Origin: a virus
Virus record (IMG/VR): IMGVR_UViG_3300017780_003691
Coordinates: 1-64,000 of that record
Reading direction: 5' to 3' (one strand)
Length of the DNA stretch: 64,000 bases
Positions 56,908-64,000 of this stretch are shown here, one piece after another. How positions within the stretch are numbered: position 1 is the first letter of the stretch; the number at the start of each line of letters is the position of its first letter. The notes below the pieces were generated by a model that had not been told where the DNA came from, did not search any database, and saw nothing but the letters and a program-made list of their open reading frames with translations. Position numbers and translations under genes: made by a program.

Positions 56908-57514
56908 GTTCTTTTCCCTCTTCGAGATATGGGTAGGCTTTGAGCGCGGAGTCAGGGTTGAGGTTATAGACCTTGCAACCAATCCGCTTGAGATCGCGAG
57001 GCTGACGGGCGAGGCCCCACTGCTGGCGTTTGTAGCGATCATTCCAGTCTTCCGTCAGCGTGCCTGTGAAGTGGCGTTCTTTGTTGGGGCCGGGCTTCGC
57101 GTCCACGCCCACCAGGAGGATGCGGCGCGATCCACGGAGGACGGCGTAGTTGATGGCGAGCGCGGTCGTCGTGAAGGTGCCGCGTAGTTCGTTCGGGTTC
57201 GTCGAGAGCCCGCCGCCGGCCACCTTCGGGATGAACCGCACGCGCTCGTCGTGTAGTTCTTCAGGCAGCGGCTTCGGGTCGGTGTAGAGGATCAGCGGGC
57301 CTTTGTAGCCTGACAGGTCTGGCGTGCGGCGCGCGTACCGATGATCGCCGATCATCAGCACCTCCGCGTGCGGAACCTTCAGGTAGCCGTCCTTCACCGC
57401 TATCGTCTTCAGGCCCGCGATGCGCTCGAAGTTGAACGAGTTCACCGACGGGCCCGACGCGACGATAGCGACCGTGCAGCCTGCCCAGTCACGAGGAACG
57501 CGGTGCGGCTTCAT
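56894..57514 (-). CDS. DUF115/MptE-like (Maf-type glycosyltransferase-like) protein
   Basis: ATG 57514 (MKPHRVPRDW...); VAIVASGPSV...IAVKDG...ILLVGVDA motifs. Confidence 0.4.
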   Translation of the reverse strand: MKPHRVPRDWAGCTVAIVASGPSVNSFNFERIAGLKTIAVKDGYLKVPHAEVLMIGDHRYARRTPDLSGYKGPLILYTDPKPLPEELHDERVRFIPKVAGGGLSTNPNELRGTFTTTALAINYAVLRGSRRILLVGVDAKPGPNKERHFTGTLTEDWNDRYKRQQWGLARQPRDLKRIGCKVYNLNPDSALKAYPYLEEGKEHDYE

Positions 57515-58077
57515 TCGTCGTTCGCACCGATCCCGTCGTTCATGGCCGGGCGAACCAGCACAGCGAGTTCGATGCCGACTCGGGTCGGCTTGATCGGATC
57601 GACCTCGATCACTTCGCCGAAGTGGTTGCGCAGGCGCGACATCCACCACGGGGTCGGCTTGACGATCAGGTGCGCGTTGCGGCCATCGGCGAGCTTCTTG
57701 TTCGCGAGGCGCTGCGAGATCACCAGGAGGCCGCGCTTCTTCACGAGGCCCGCGATGTCGGCCAGCACGTTGTCGAGGAGTTCGGGCTCAATGTGTTCGA
57801 GCACGTCGTTGCACGTGACGAAGTCTGCGGGCTCGGGGCGCTTCGGCGCGGTGACGGGGTCGTAGCCCGCCGTCTTCAGAACCGGCATCTTCTGCGTGAT
57901 CTCCGCGAGCAGGTTGCCCTTGCCGCAGCCGTAGTCGAGGTAGGACAGCGCGCCCGCTCCGGTGATGTAGTCCATCACGCGCGGAGCCCAGGCGTCTCCC
58001 TTGCCACCATACTTGTTGTTGCGGCTGTGAAGCTCCGCGTTGAGCTTCAGGTATTCCTCGGAGATGAGCTTGGTCAT
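57511..58077 (-). CDS. class I SAM-dependent methyltransferase
   Basis: ATG 58077; motif I YLDYGCGKGNL, motif II DFVTCNDVLEHIE. Confidence 0.6.
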   Translation of the reverse strand: MTKLISEEYLKLNAELHSRNNKYGGKGDAWAPRVMDYITGAGALSYLDYGCGKGNLLAEITQKMPVLKTAGYDPVTAPKRPEPADFVTCNDVLEHIEPELLDNVLADIAGLVKKRGLLVISQRLANKKLADGRNAHLIVKPTPWWMSRLRNHFGEVIEVDPIKPTRVGIELAVLVRPAMNDGIGANDE

Positions 58078-58619
58078 TTGATCCTCGTGATGAGCACAGC
58101 TAGTTCGGATTTGGCTTTCGTCTCGTCGAGGATCGGAACCTCTTCGATCCTGTAGGGGCCGGCGAACGCGACGGCGATGGTCTGGAGCCACCACTCGCGC
58201 GGCTTCACCAGCGGGTGCGTGGCTTTCTTCTTCGGCGAGCGGTTGCGCAGGGAGATCGTGATGAGCGCGCCCTTGAGAGCGCAGCGGCGAATGTCTGTGA
58301 GCACCGCGTCATACATCTCGACCTCGACGTGCTCCATCACGTCGATGCAGGTGACGAAGTCGGCCGGGTCCGGTTCCTGGTGGCCGAAAGCGGGTTCGTA
58401 TTCCTTCGTCCACATCAGGGGCGAGTACGGCTTTCGCAGGGTGTAAACGCAGCGCGCGAGGCCGCTGCGACCCGCGCCGTAGTCAAGCAGGGAGGAGCAG
58501 CCGATCTGATCCATGTAGCCGGCGACGCGCTCGGCCCAGCGGTGGCCGATGACGCCGAAGTTCGGGTCTCGTGCGTGCAACGCGCTCAAGCGGTCGCGGT
58601 GGGCCCGTGTGATCGTCAT
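58074..58619 (-). CDS. class I SAM-dependent methyltransferase (paralogue)
   Basis: ATG 58619; LLDYGAGRSGL and DFVTCIDVMEHVE motifs, collinear with the neighbouring methyltransferase. Confidence 0.6.
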   Translation of the reverse strand: MTITRAHRDRLSALHARDPNFGVIGHRWAERVAGYMDQIGCSSLLDYGAGRSGLARCVYTLRKPYSPLMWTKEYEPAFGHQEPDPADFVTCIDVMEHVEVEMYDAVLTDIRRCALKGALITISLRNRSPKKKATHPLVKPREWWLQTIAVAFAGPYRIEEVPILDETKAKSELAVLITRIK

Positions 58620-59368
58620 GACTTCCCGCCGCCTTGCGTCTGCTTCTGTTGCTGCTCGCGCTCGAAGCGCAGGGTCGCGAGCGCGTGAGTCCAGTAGTCG
58701 CCGAACCGCACGGCCTTGTGGTTGTAGTGCCACGGGCCGCCGTTCGTGAAGTGGATGCCGGCCGGCGGCGCCTGCGTGGCAGAGACCTTCGGCCAGTCGT
58801 ATTCGCCTTCGAGCCAGTTCCACTCAAGCGGCAGGTCCATGATCTGCGCGTCCGGAGTCCAGGCGAAGCGGTGGAGGGCCTGCGGCGACGCCTCGTTCAC
58901 GTACTGCGGAGTCAGCGTCTTGCAGTGTGGGTTGTTGAACAGCATCAGCGACGACCAGTTCTTGCGCGGATAGGCCGTCTGCTTCTGGCCGTCCATCTTG
59001 ATCGACGCCTTGGGCGTGTAGTCGTGCTTCACGCAGGCGACGCTGTATTGGAAGGGGTTCGTCGCGGCCTGCTTCGCCTGCACGATCCGGAGCAGGTTGC
59101 GGATGTCCTGAGTGAACAGGAAGTCGCAATCCACGAAGAGAGCGGTGCCCTTGTAATCGCACAGGTGCGGAACGAGGAAGCGGGTGAAGGCGAACTGGGT
59201 CGAGGCGGGCTCGTCGGCCGGGCGGGTGTAGAGGCCCCGCTCCCGCAGGTTGTCCTGACGGACAGCACGGATCGCCAGCGGCATTGTGGTGAAGCGGCGG
59301 AGACTGTCCGCGCAGACCTCGAAAGCCTCGCGCTCGCGGTCATCATAACCGATGAAGACGTGTAGCAT
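58616..59368 (-). CDS. putative glycosyltransferase (GT-A-like)
   Basis: FIGYDDRE...TQFAFTRFLVPHLC...ALFVDCDFLF pattern resembling GT8/GT-A nucleotide-sugar transferases. Confidence 0.4.
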   Translation of the reverse strand: MLHVFIGYDDREREAFEVCADSLRRFTTMPLAIRAVRQDNLRERGLYTRPADEPASTQFAFTRFLVPHLCDYKGTALFVDCDFLFTQDIRNLLRIVQAKQAATNPFQYSVACVKHDYTPKASIKMDGQKQTAYPRKNWSSLMLFNNPHCKTLTPQYVNEASPQALHRFAWTPDAQIMDLPLEWNWLEGEYDWPKVSATQAPPAGIHFTNGGPWHYNHKAVRFGDYWTHALATLRFEREQQQKQTQGGGKS

Positions 59369-59403
59369 GTCAGTTCCCTCTAGTGCTGCCTTATAGCGCG
59401 GCC

Positions 59404-60849
59404 CTACCGCAATCGCAACTCTCGGTCGATGTCTTCTTTCGTGACCCTCACCCGGCTCCGGAGATCGTCCTCCTCGGCGGCTTTGCTGGCCTGGTTAGCG
59501 ATCACGTCCTCGTCCCTGGTGCCCCTCGCCAGGATGTGGCGGATGTAGACGTGCGGGGCCTCCTGGCCGGGCCGGGGCAAGCGCATGTTCAACTGCCTGT
59601 AGGTCTCGCCCGACTCCTGAAGGCCGTACCAGATCAGGTTGTGGCCGCCATACTGCATGTTGGTCCCGTGCGAGATGTTGCCGGGGTGGACGGCGAGGTT
59701 TCTGATCCGGCCGAGGTTCCAATCCTTGATCGCATTCTTTCCATACTCGTCGAAGAAGACGACCTTCCGGCCGAACCGCTTGCGGATCGCTTCCTTGTCG
59801 AACTTGTAGCTCCACGCGATCAGGGCGTGGTGCCCGTCGAGATCGCGGATCATGTCTTCGAGCACGTCGAGTTTGTAGCTATGGACGGGGATCGCGTTGC
59901 CGCGCTCCCGGTACATCGAGCCGTTGGCCCACTGGAGCAGCTTGCTCGTGAGCACGGCAGCGTTCACCGCTTCGATGTCTCGCTTCTCGTCGTAGGACTC
60001 TCGTGCGAACTTCCGATACTCGCGCATGAGCGAGGGCGGAAACTCGACCCACCGCGTGGTTGTTGGGTGCGAGATGACCGGCGGCAGTTTGATGTGGTCC
60101 TCGGCGCGCAGAGAGATCATCAGATCGGAGCACCGATCCATGATCTCATCCTTCGCGCCAGGTCGCGGCTCCAGCTTGAACCCGTTGTAGCTCTTGGAGA
60201 ACCATCGCTTCTCGAAGTCGCCCTTCTTGATGCCGAGGCGTTCGCCGCCGTCGAGGACATACATGAGGCCCCACATGTCATGGACGCCTTCAGGTGATGG
60301 TGTGCCGCTCATCTCGATCACACGCTCGCAGCACTTGCGCGCACGCGCGAGGATGCCGAAACGGGAGAGAGGCTTCGATCCTTTGCCGCCGCCAGCGCGC
60401 ACGGTGCGCTTGCGGCCTTCCTTCAACATAGAGGCTTCGTCGATGACGATGTAGTCCCAGAACCAGCCGTCTTCCTGGCCGATCTCCTGCCAGAGCCAGG
60501 CGAGGTTTTCTTTGTTGATGATGTGGATGTCCACATCCATGTTGAGGGCCGCTTTGCGCTCGGCCGGCGTGCCGCACATGACGGCATACGTGAGGCCGCG
60601 CAGGTGCCTCCACTTCGCGATCTCGGTCGGCCACGTGTCGGTCGCGACGAGTAGCGGCGCGATGACGAGCGTGCGCTTGGGCCTCTTCCGCTTGCGCTTG
60701 TCCTCTTCGAGGAAGGTGAGGACGGCGCAGGTCTTGCCGAGAGACATGTCGATTGCGAGCAGCGCCGACGGCAGGGCGTGGCACTTCATCGTGGCGTAGG
60801 TCTGATACCCACGAATCTCGAAGTCGAAGAGGGTCTTCTCAGCCGGCAT
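59404..60849 (-). CDS. SNF2-family DEAD/DEAH-box helicase
   Basis: Motif I DMSLGKT, motif II VIDEAS, C-terminal helicase domain motifs. Confidence 0.85.
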   Translation of the reverse strand: MPAEKTLFDFEIRGYQTYATMKCHALPSALLAIDMSLGKTCAVLTFLEEDKRKRKRPKRTLVIAPLLVATDTWPTEIAKWRHLRGLTYAVMCGTPAERKAALNMDVDIHIINKENLAWLWQEIGQEDGWFWDYIVIDEASMLKEGRKRTVRAGGGKGSKPLSRFGILARARKCCERVIEMSGTPSPEGVHDMWGLMYVLDGGERLGIKKGDFEKRWFSKSYNGFKLEPRPGAKDEIMDRCSDLMISLRAEDHIKLPPVISHPTTTRWVEFPPSLMREYRKFARESYDEKRDIEAVNAAVLTSKLLQWANGSMYRERGNAIPVHSYKLDVLEDMIRDLDGHHALIAWSYKFDKEAIRKRFGRKVVFFDEYGKNAIKDWNLGRIRNLAVHPGNISHGTNMQYGGHNLIWYGLQESGETYRQLNMRLPRPGQEAPHVYIRHILARGTRDEDVIANQASKAAEEDDLRSRVRVTKEDIDRELRLR

Positions 60850-61144
60850 AGGGTCCGAGCTTCAGTGCTTTACGGGCCTGGTCGTGTGTGTCGCAGACGT
60901 AGACGTGGAAGCCCGCCGCCTTGAGTTCGCGGTGGCGCTTCAACTGACGGCCATCCGGCGGCTCGCCAACGCGCTTGTATTCGATGATGACAGGCTGCGG
61001 GTGATCGCGGCGGAAGTGCCAGCGGTCGGGGCATCCAGCGATGCCGATGATCTGCATCTTCCACACCAGCCAGCCGGCTTTCTCGGCCTCGCCTTCGGGG
61101 CCGCTGATGTCGAGTTCGAGCACTACTTCTTTGGGGGCGGGCAT
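60839..61144 (-). CDS. VRR-NUC domain nuclease
   Basis: ATG 61144; W...GIAGCPD...IIEYKRVGE..D..QL...ELK.AGF.VYV pattern of VRR-NUC. Confidence 0.65.
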   Translation of the reverse strand: MPAPKEVVLELDISGPEGEAEKAGWLVWKMQIIGIAGCPDRWHFRRDHPQPVIIEYKRVGEPPDGRQLKRHRELKAAGFHVYVCDTHDQARKALKLGPYAG

Positions 61145-61146
61145 CC

Positions 61147-63288
61147 TTAATCCTTGATCCAGACTTTGCCAATTGAACCCTTGGCATACAGGGGCAGTTC
61201 TTTCTCCGTGGCCCACGGCATGGGCTCACGCAAGCACTCTTCCATCGTCTTCAGCACCCACTCTGCCTTGCTCTCTTGAGCGATGGCAACGGGTTCGTCG
61301 TGGACGTGGAGGACGAGGCGGCCGACGTTGCGCGGCACGCGCTTGCGGAAGCGCATCATGCTCTCCGCGAGAATGTCGCGCGAGATGGCCTGGTCGGCGT
61401 TCTCGGTCAGCTTGCCGGGGTGCGTTTGAATGCGGACCCACTTGTTCTTGTCGTTGAGACCTTCGTAGCTCAGCGAAACCTTGTCTTTCGTTTTGTCGTA
61501 GTTCGGCTCGCGGCACAGATACTCGGGCAGGAACTTCTTCTGCTTCTCGCAGTAGATCAGGACCACGTCTTCGAGACGCGGGCGCATGTAGCTCAAGCAG
61601 CGGCCCGAGGGCAGCCACATCTGGAGGAACGGGCCGCTGCGGGCGAAGCGCACAGGGCCCGCCCACGCTTCCTTGTCCGTCTTCATCGTGTATTTGGCGG
61701 CCTTCTCGATCTCCCACCAATAGGCCACCGCGTCCTCATAGGTGTCGCGCCACACACGCACCGAGTCGATGGCTTCCTGCGCGGTGAGCTTCACGCCCAT
61801 GTTCCAGGCGTAGCCGAGGAGGCCCGTGGCTTCCATCTCGCCGGTCTTGTGGTTTTCTTTCTCCTCGCCCGCAGACAGCATGTAGCCGCAGCCCAGCACA
61901 CCCGGCTTCGCGACGGTACGCTTCTTCTTGTTCCCGGCGGCAACCTCGGCCGCGATCTGCTCATAGGTGTCGCCATACATCTTCGTCGCGAAGTCGATGT
62001 AGGGATCGAGGTTGTTGCGGAAGACGTTGAGAATCTTCTGGTCGCCCGAGAGATAGCCGAGCACGCGGTTCTCGATGGCGTTCAAGTCGGCGGAGACCAT
62101 CAGCATCCCCTTCGGCGCCTGCACCGTCGGGCGGATGCAGGTGGAGAGCATGTCGATGGGGCCGGGCTTATCCACGTCCTTCCACGACTTGTCGTAGATG
62201 AGTTCGAGCGACTCGGGCGAGAGGTGTTCGAGGTGTTCGACGCAGACCTCTTGCAGCTTCTCCAGCGCCGGGTGCGGGCGCGCGAGGTTCTGCGGCTGGA
62301 TGAGGCGACCGGACCAGCGCCAGGTCCGCTGCGCGCCTGCGAACTGCAAGCAGCCTTGGATCATGTCTTGATCGAGATCGACCGCGCGCTCCATGGCGTA
62401 GTATTTGTCGGTCGAGGTCTTCGCGATCTCGGCGCGCATCGCGAGCACTTCCCGCACGTCGTCGCGCAGGCGCGTGTCGTTCGCGGCCTTCTTCACGTGC
62501 GCGGCCTGCATGTCGCTGAAGCGATAGCCGTTGTCGTTGAGCCATTCGAGAAGCTGCGGGTTCGAGCGTGGGTTGCCGACGCCGGTCAGTTCCTTGATCC
62601 TGGCGTAGCGTTTCGCGCGCATGTGCTCGACGAACTTTATGGCGTTCGTCACGACGTTCATGTTGATCGGGATGCCGTCGTTGTTGATCTCGTGGTCGAG
62701 GCACCACAAGTCCCACTCATGCTGCGGCAAGTCCCACTTCCGGATGCGGTTGTAGATGCCGCGCTCCGCGCCGATGTCGCCTCGGTTGTAACCCTTGAAC
62801 TCGTCCCACTCGTCGGGATCGGTGAGATAGTCCGACCACTCCCACGGCTTGTGCTTGGTGGGTTTGCGGGGCTTGCAGAAGCGGTTGATGAGCGCCTTGC
62901 CGCGCGACTCCTTCTGGAGATCGAGGGGCAGGTCGAAGATCGGCCCGGCCATGCCGAGGGCCGTCGGCGCCGAGAGACACATCGCCTGCGTCTGCGTGCA
63001 GCGCCACTCGTCGGGGTATATCTCGACGCCGAGGACTTCCTTCCAAACCGCCATCTCCATAGCGGCGTTCCATGAGCGTTTCTGGACCTCGGGGTCGCGG
63101 ATCGCGTCGCGGAGATCGCTCGGCATCTTCTGCCCTTCGGCCGGCACCCACTGTTCGATGGGGCCCGAGTCGAAGGCATATGCGAGCATGAGAACTTTGG
63201 TGGACGGGTCGCGCGCATAGCGGCGAGCGCCGACCTTCTTGATGTCGGAACGAGACTTCGTCTCGAAGTCGTTGAAGAGGATCGTCAC
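61147..63288 (-). CDS. DNA polymerase I-like (family A) with 3'-5' exonuclease domain
   Basis: Exo I LFNDFET; PolA motif A ADLNAIENRVLGYLSGD, motif B RTVAKPGVLGCGYMLSA, motif C VLHVHDEPV. Confidence 0.9.
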   Translation of the reverse strand: MTILFNDFETKSRSDIKKVGARRYARDPSTKVLMLAYAFDSGPIEQWVPAEGQKMPSDLRDAIRDPEVQKRSWNAAMEMAVWKEVLGVEIYPDEWRCTQTQAMCLSAPTALGMAGPIFDLPLDLQKESRGKALINRFCKPRKPTKHKPWEWSDYLTDPDEWDEFKGYNRGDIGAERGIYNRIRKWDLPQHEWDLWCLDHEINNDGIPINMNVVTNAIKFVEHMRAKRYARIKELTGVGNPRSNPQLLEWLNDNGYRFSDMQAAHVKKAANDTRLRDDVREVLAMRAEIAKTSTDKYYAMERAVDLDQDMIQGCLQFAGAQRTWRWSGRLIQPQNLARPHPALEKLQEVCVEHLEHLSPESLELIYDKSWKDVDKPGPIDMLSTCIRPTVQAPKGMLMVSADLNAIENRVLGYLSGDQKILNVFRNNLDPYIDFATKMYGDTYEQIAAEVAAGNKKKRTVAKPGVLGCGYMLSAGEEKENHKTGEMEATGLLGYAWNMGVKLTAQEAIDSVRVWRDTYEDAVAYWWEIEKAAKYTMKTDKEAWAGPVRFARSGPFLQMWLPSGRCLSYMRPRLEDVVLIYCEKQKKFLPEYLCREPNYDKTKDKVSLSYEGLNDKNKWVRIQTHPGKLTENADQAISRDILAESMMRFRKRVPRNVGRLVLHVHDEPVAIAQESKAEWVLKTMEECLREPMPWATEKELPLYAKGSIGKVWIKD

Positions 63289-63456
63289 CGAGGACGACCT
63301 TTCTTGGCTTCTGCATCAGACAGAAGAGGGCGCACGTTGATTTCCCAATGGCGAAGGCGCCAGGCGGAATACGCCTCGCGCTTCTCCGCGTCAGTGGCCC
63401 CCTCCGGTAGTGAGGTCGGAGGGGGCACCGAGTCGTCTACATAGTAGGGTTTCGGC

Positions 63457-63999
63457 TCAGTCGTCATCGCGCGAGCGGCGACGGCTGGGGCGGTCGTCTT
63501 CTTCGTCGCGGCCACGGCTGCGGCTCGGACGGTCGTCGTCATCGCGGCTGCGGCTGCGGCTCGGACGGTCGTCCTCGTCGGCGTCGAAGCGTTCACGGCG
63601 CGAGCGAGGAGCTTCCTCCTCGGCGTCGCGGCTGCGGCTGCGGCTCGGACGGTCGTCCTCGTCGCGGCTGCGACCACGGCTCGGGCGGTCGTCATCGTCA
63701 CGGTCACGGCCGCGCGAACGCGAGGAGACGTAATCGCCCTCGTCGTCATCGGAGCCGTGGTCCTTGAACTTGCTGATGTCAGCAGCGCCCTTGCCGAACG
63801 CTTCGCCCTTGCGGAAATACTGGACGATCTCCAGCGAGGCGTTCACCTGGTCGTTCCACTCGTCGTAGGCGTAGATGCGAACGAGAGCGTTGACGTAGCA
63901 GCCGCCGTAAGGCTTGCCGTCCTTCGCGGTGGCGCGCGACATGTCGCGCAGGAAGACCTGCGGGGGAGACTTTTCCGGCGAGGCGGCCTTCAGGAGCAT
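63457..63999 (-). CDS. partial (may extend beyond window end) DNA-binding-like protein with Arg/Ser/Asp-rich repetitive C-terminal tail
   Basis: ORF reaches the window edge; C-terminal DDDRPSRSRSRD repeats encoded by DNA tandem repeats 63480-63720. Confidence 0.3.
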   Translation of the reverse strand: MLLKAASPEKSPPQVFLRDMSRATAKDGKPYGGCYVNALVRIYAYDEWNDQVNASLEIVQYFRKGEAFGKGAADISKFKDHGSDDDEGDYVSSRSRGRDRDDDDRPSRGRSRDEDDRPSRSRSRDAEEEAPRSRRERFDADEDDRPSRSRSRDDDDRPSRSRGRDEEDDRPSRRRSRDDD

Positions 64000-64000
64000 A

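Noticed and set aside
63285-63749. 154-aa Ala/Thr/Arg-rich ORF
   Set aside because: Alternative-frame translation of the 45-nt tandem repeats; composition implausible.
1-64000. Searched for tRNA genes, integrase, CRISPR arrays, reverse transcriptase (DGR) and toxin-antitoxin pairs
   Set aside because: No cloverleaf-like conserved tRNA features, no tyrosine/serine recombinase motifs, no RT motifs and no template/variable repeat pairs were recognisable by eye. Absence is not proven without tRNAscan/HMM searches.

Overview
High-GC (about 65%) window that reads as one double-stranded DNA phage or prophage genome segment with three blocks. (i) A C-rich degenerate tandem-repeat tract (1-800), then a plus-strand block of about 15 small early-type ORFs (877-7450) with no recognisable domains, unusually dense in GAGTC/GACTC (GANTC) sites and carrying a recurring intergenic element. 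(ii) A plus-strand middle region (8258-27159): HNH endonuclease, GT2-like glycosyltransferase, a frame-disrupted C5-cytosine methyltransferase, a collagen-like/BNR-repeat tail fibre, and a nucleotide-metabolism set (MazG-like, P-loop/dNTP-pyrophosphohydrolase-like, dCMP deaminase, MT-A70 N6-adenine methyltransferase, HD phosphohydrolase) plus a GapR/DUF2312-like protein. (iii) A minus-strand late and replication region (63999 down to 27370): family-A DNA polymerase, VRR-NUC, SNF2 helicase, a five-gene glycosyl/methyl-transferase island, terminase small and large subunits, lambda-like W/portal/protease/decoration/major capsid, head-tail adaptors, major tail, G/GT chaperone, tape measure, distal tail and fibre proteins, and small membrane/lipoprotein lysis-like genes. 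A peptidase M15 endolysin sits alone on the minus strand (7541-7936). The most unusual observation is a short peptide motif (E/D)DSNS(G/A) recurring in nearly every virion protein together with several phage-encoded glycosyl- and methyl-transferases, which suggests a virion protein modification system. No integrase, tRNA or CRISPR array was seen.
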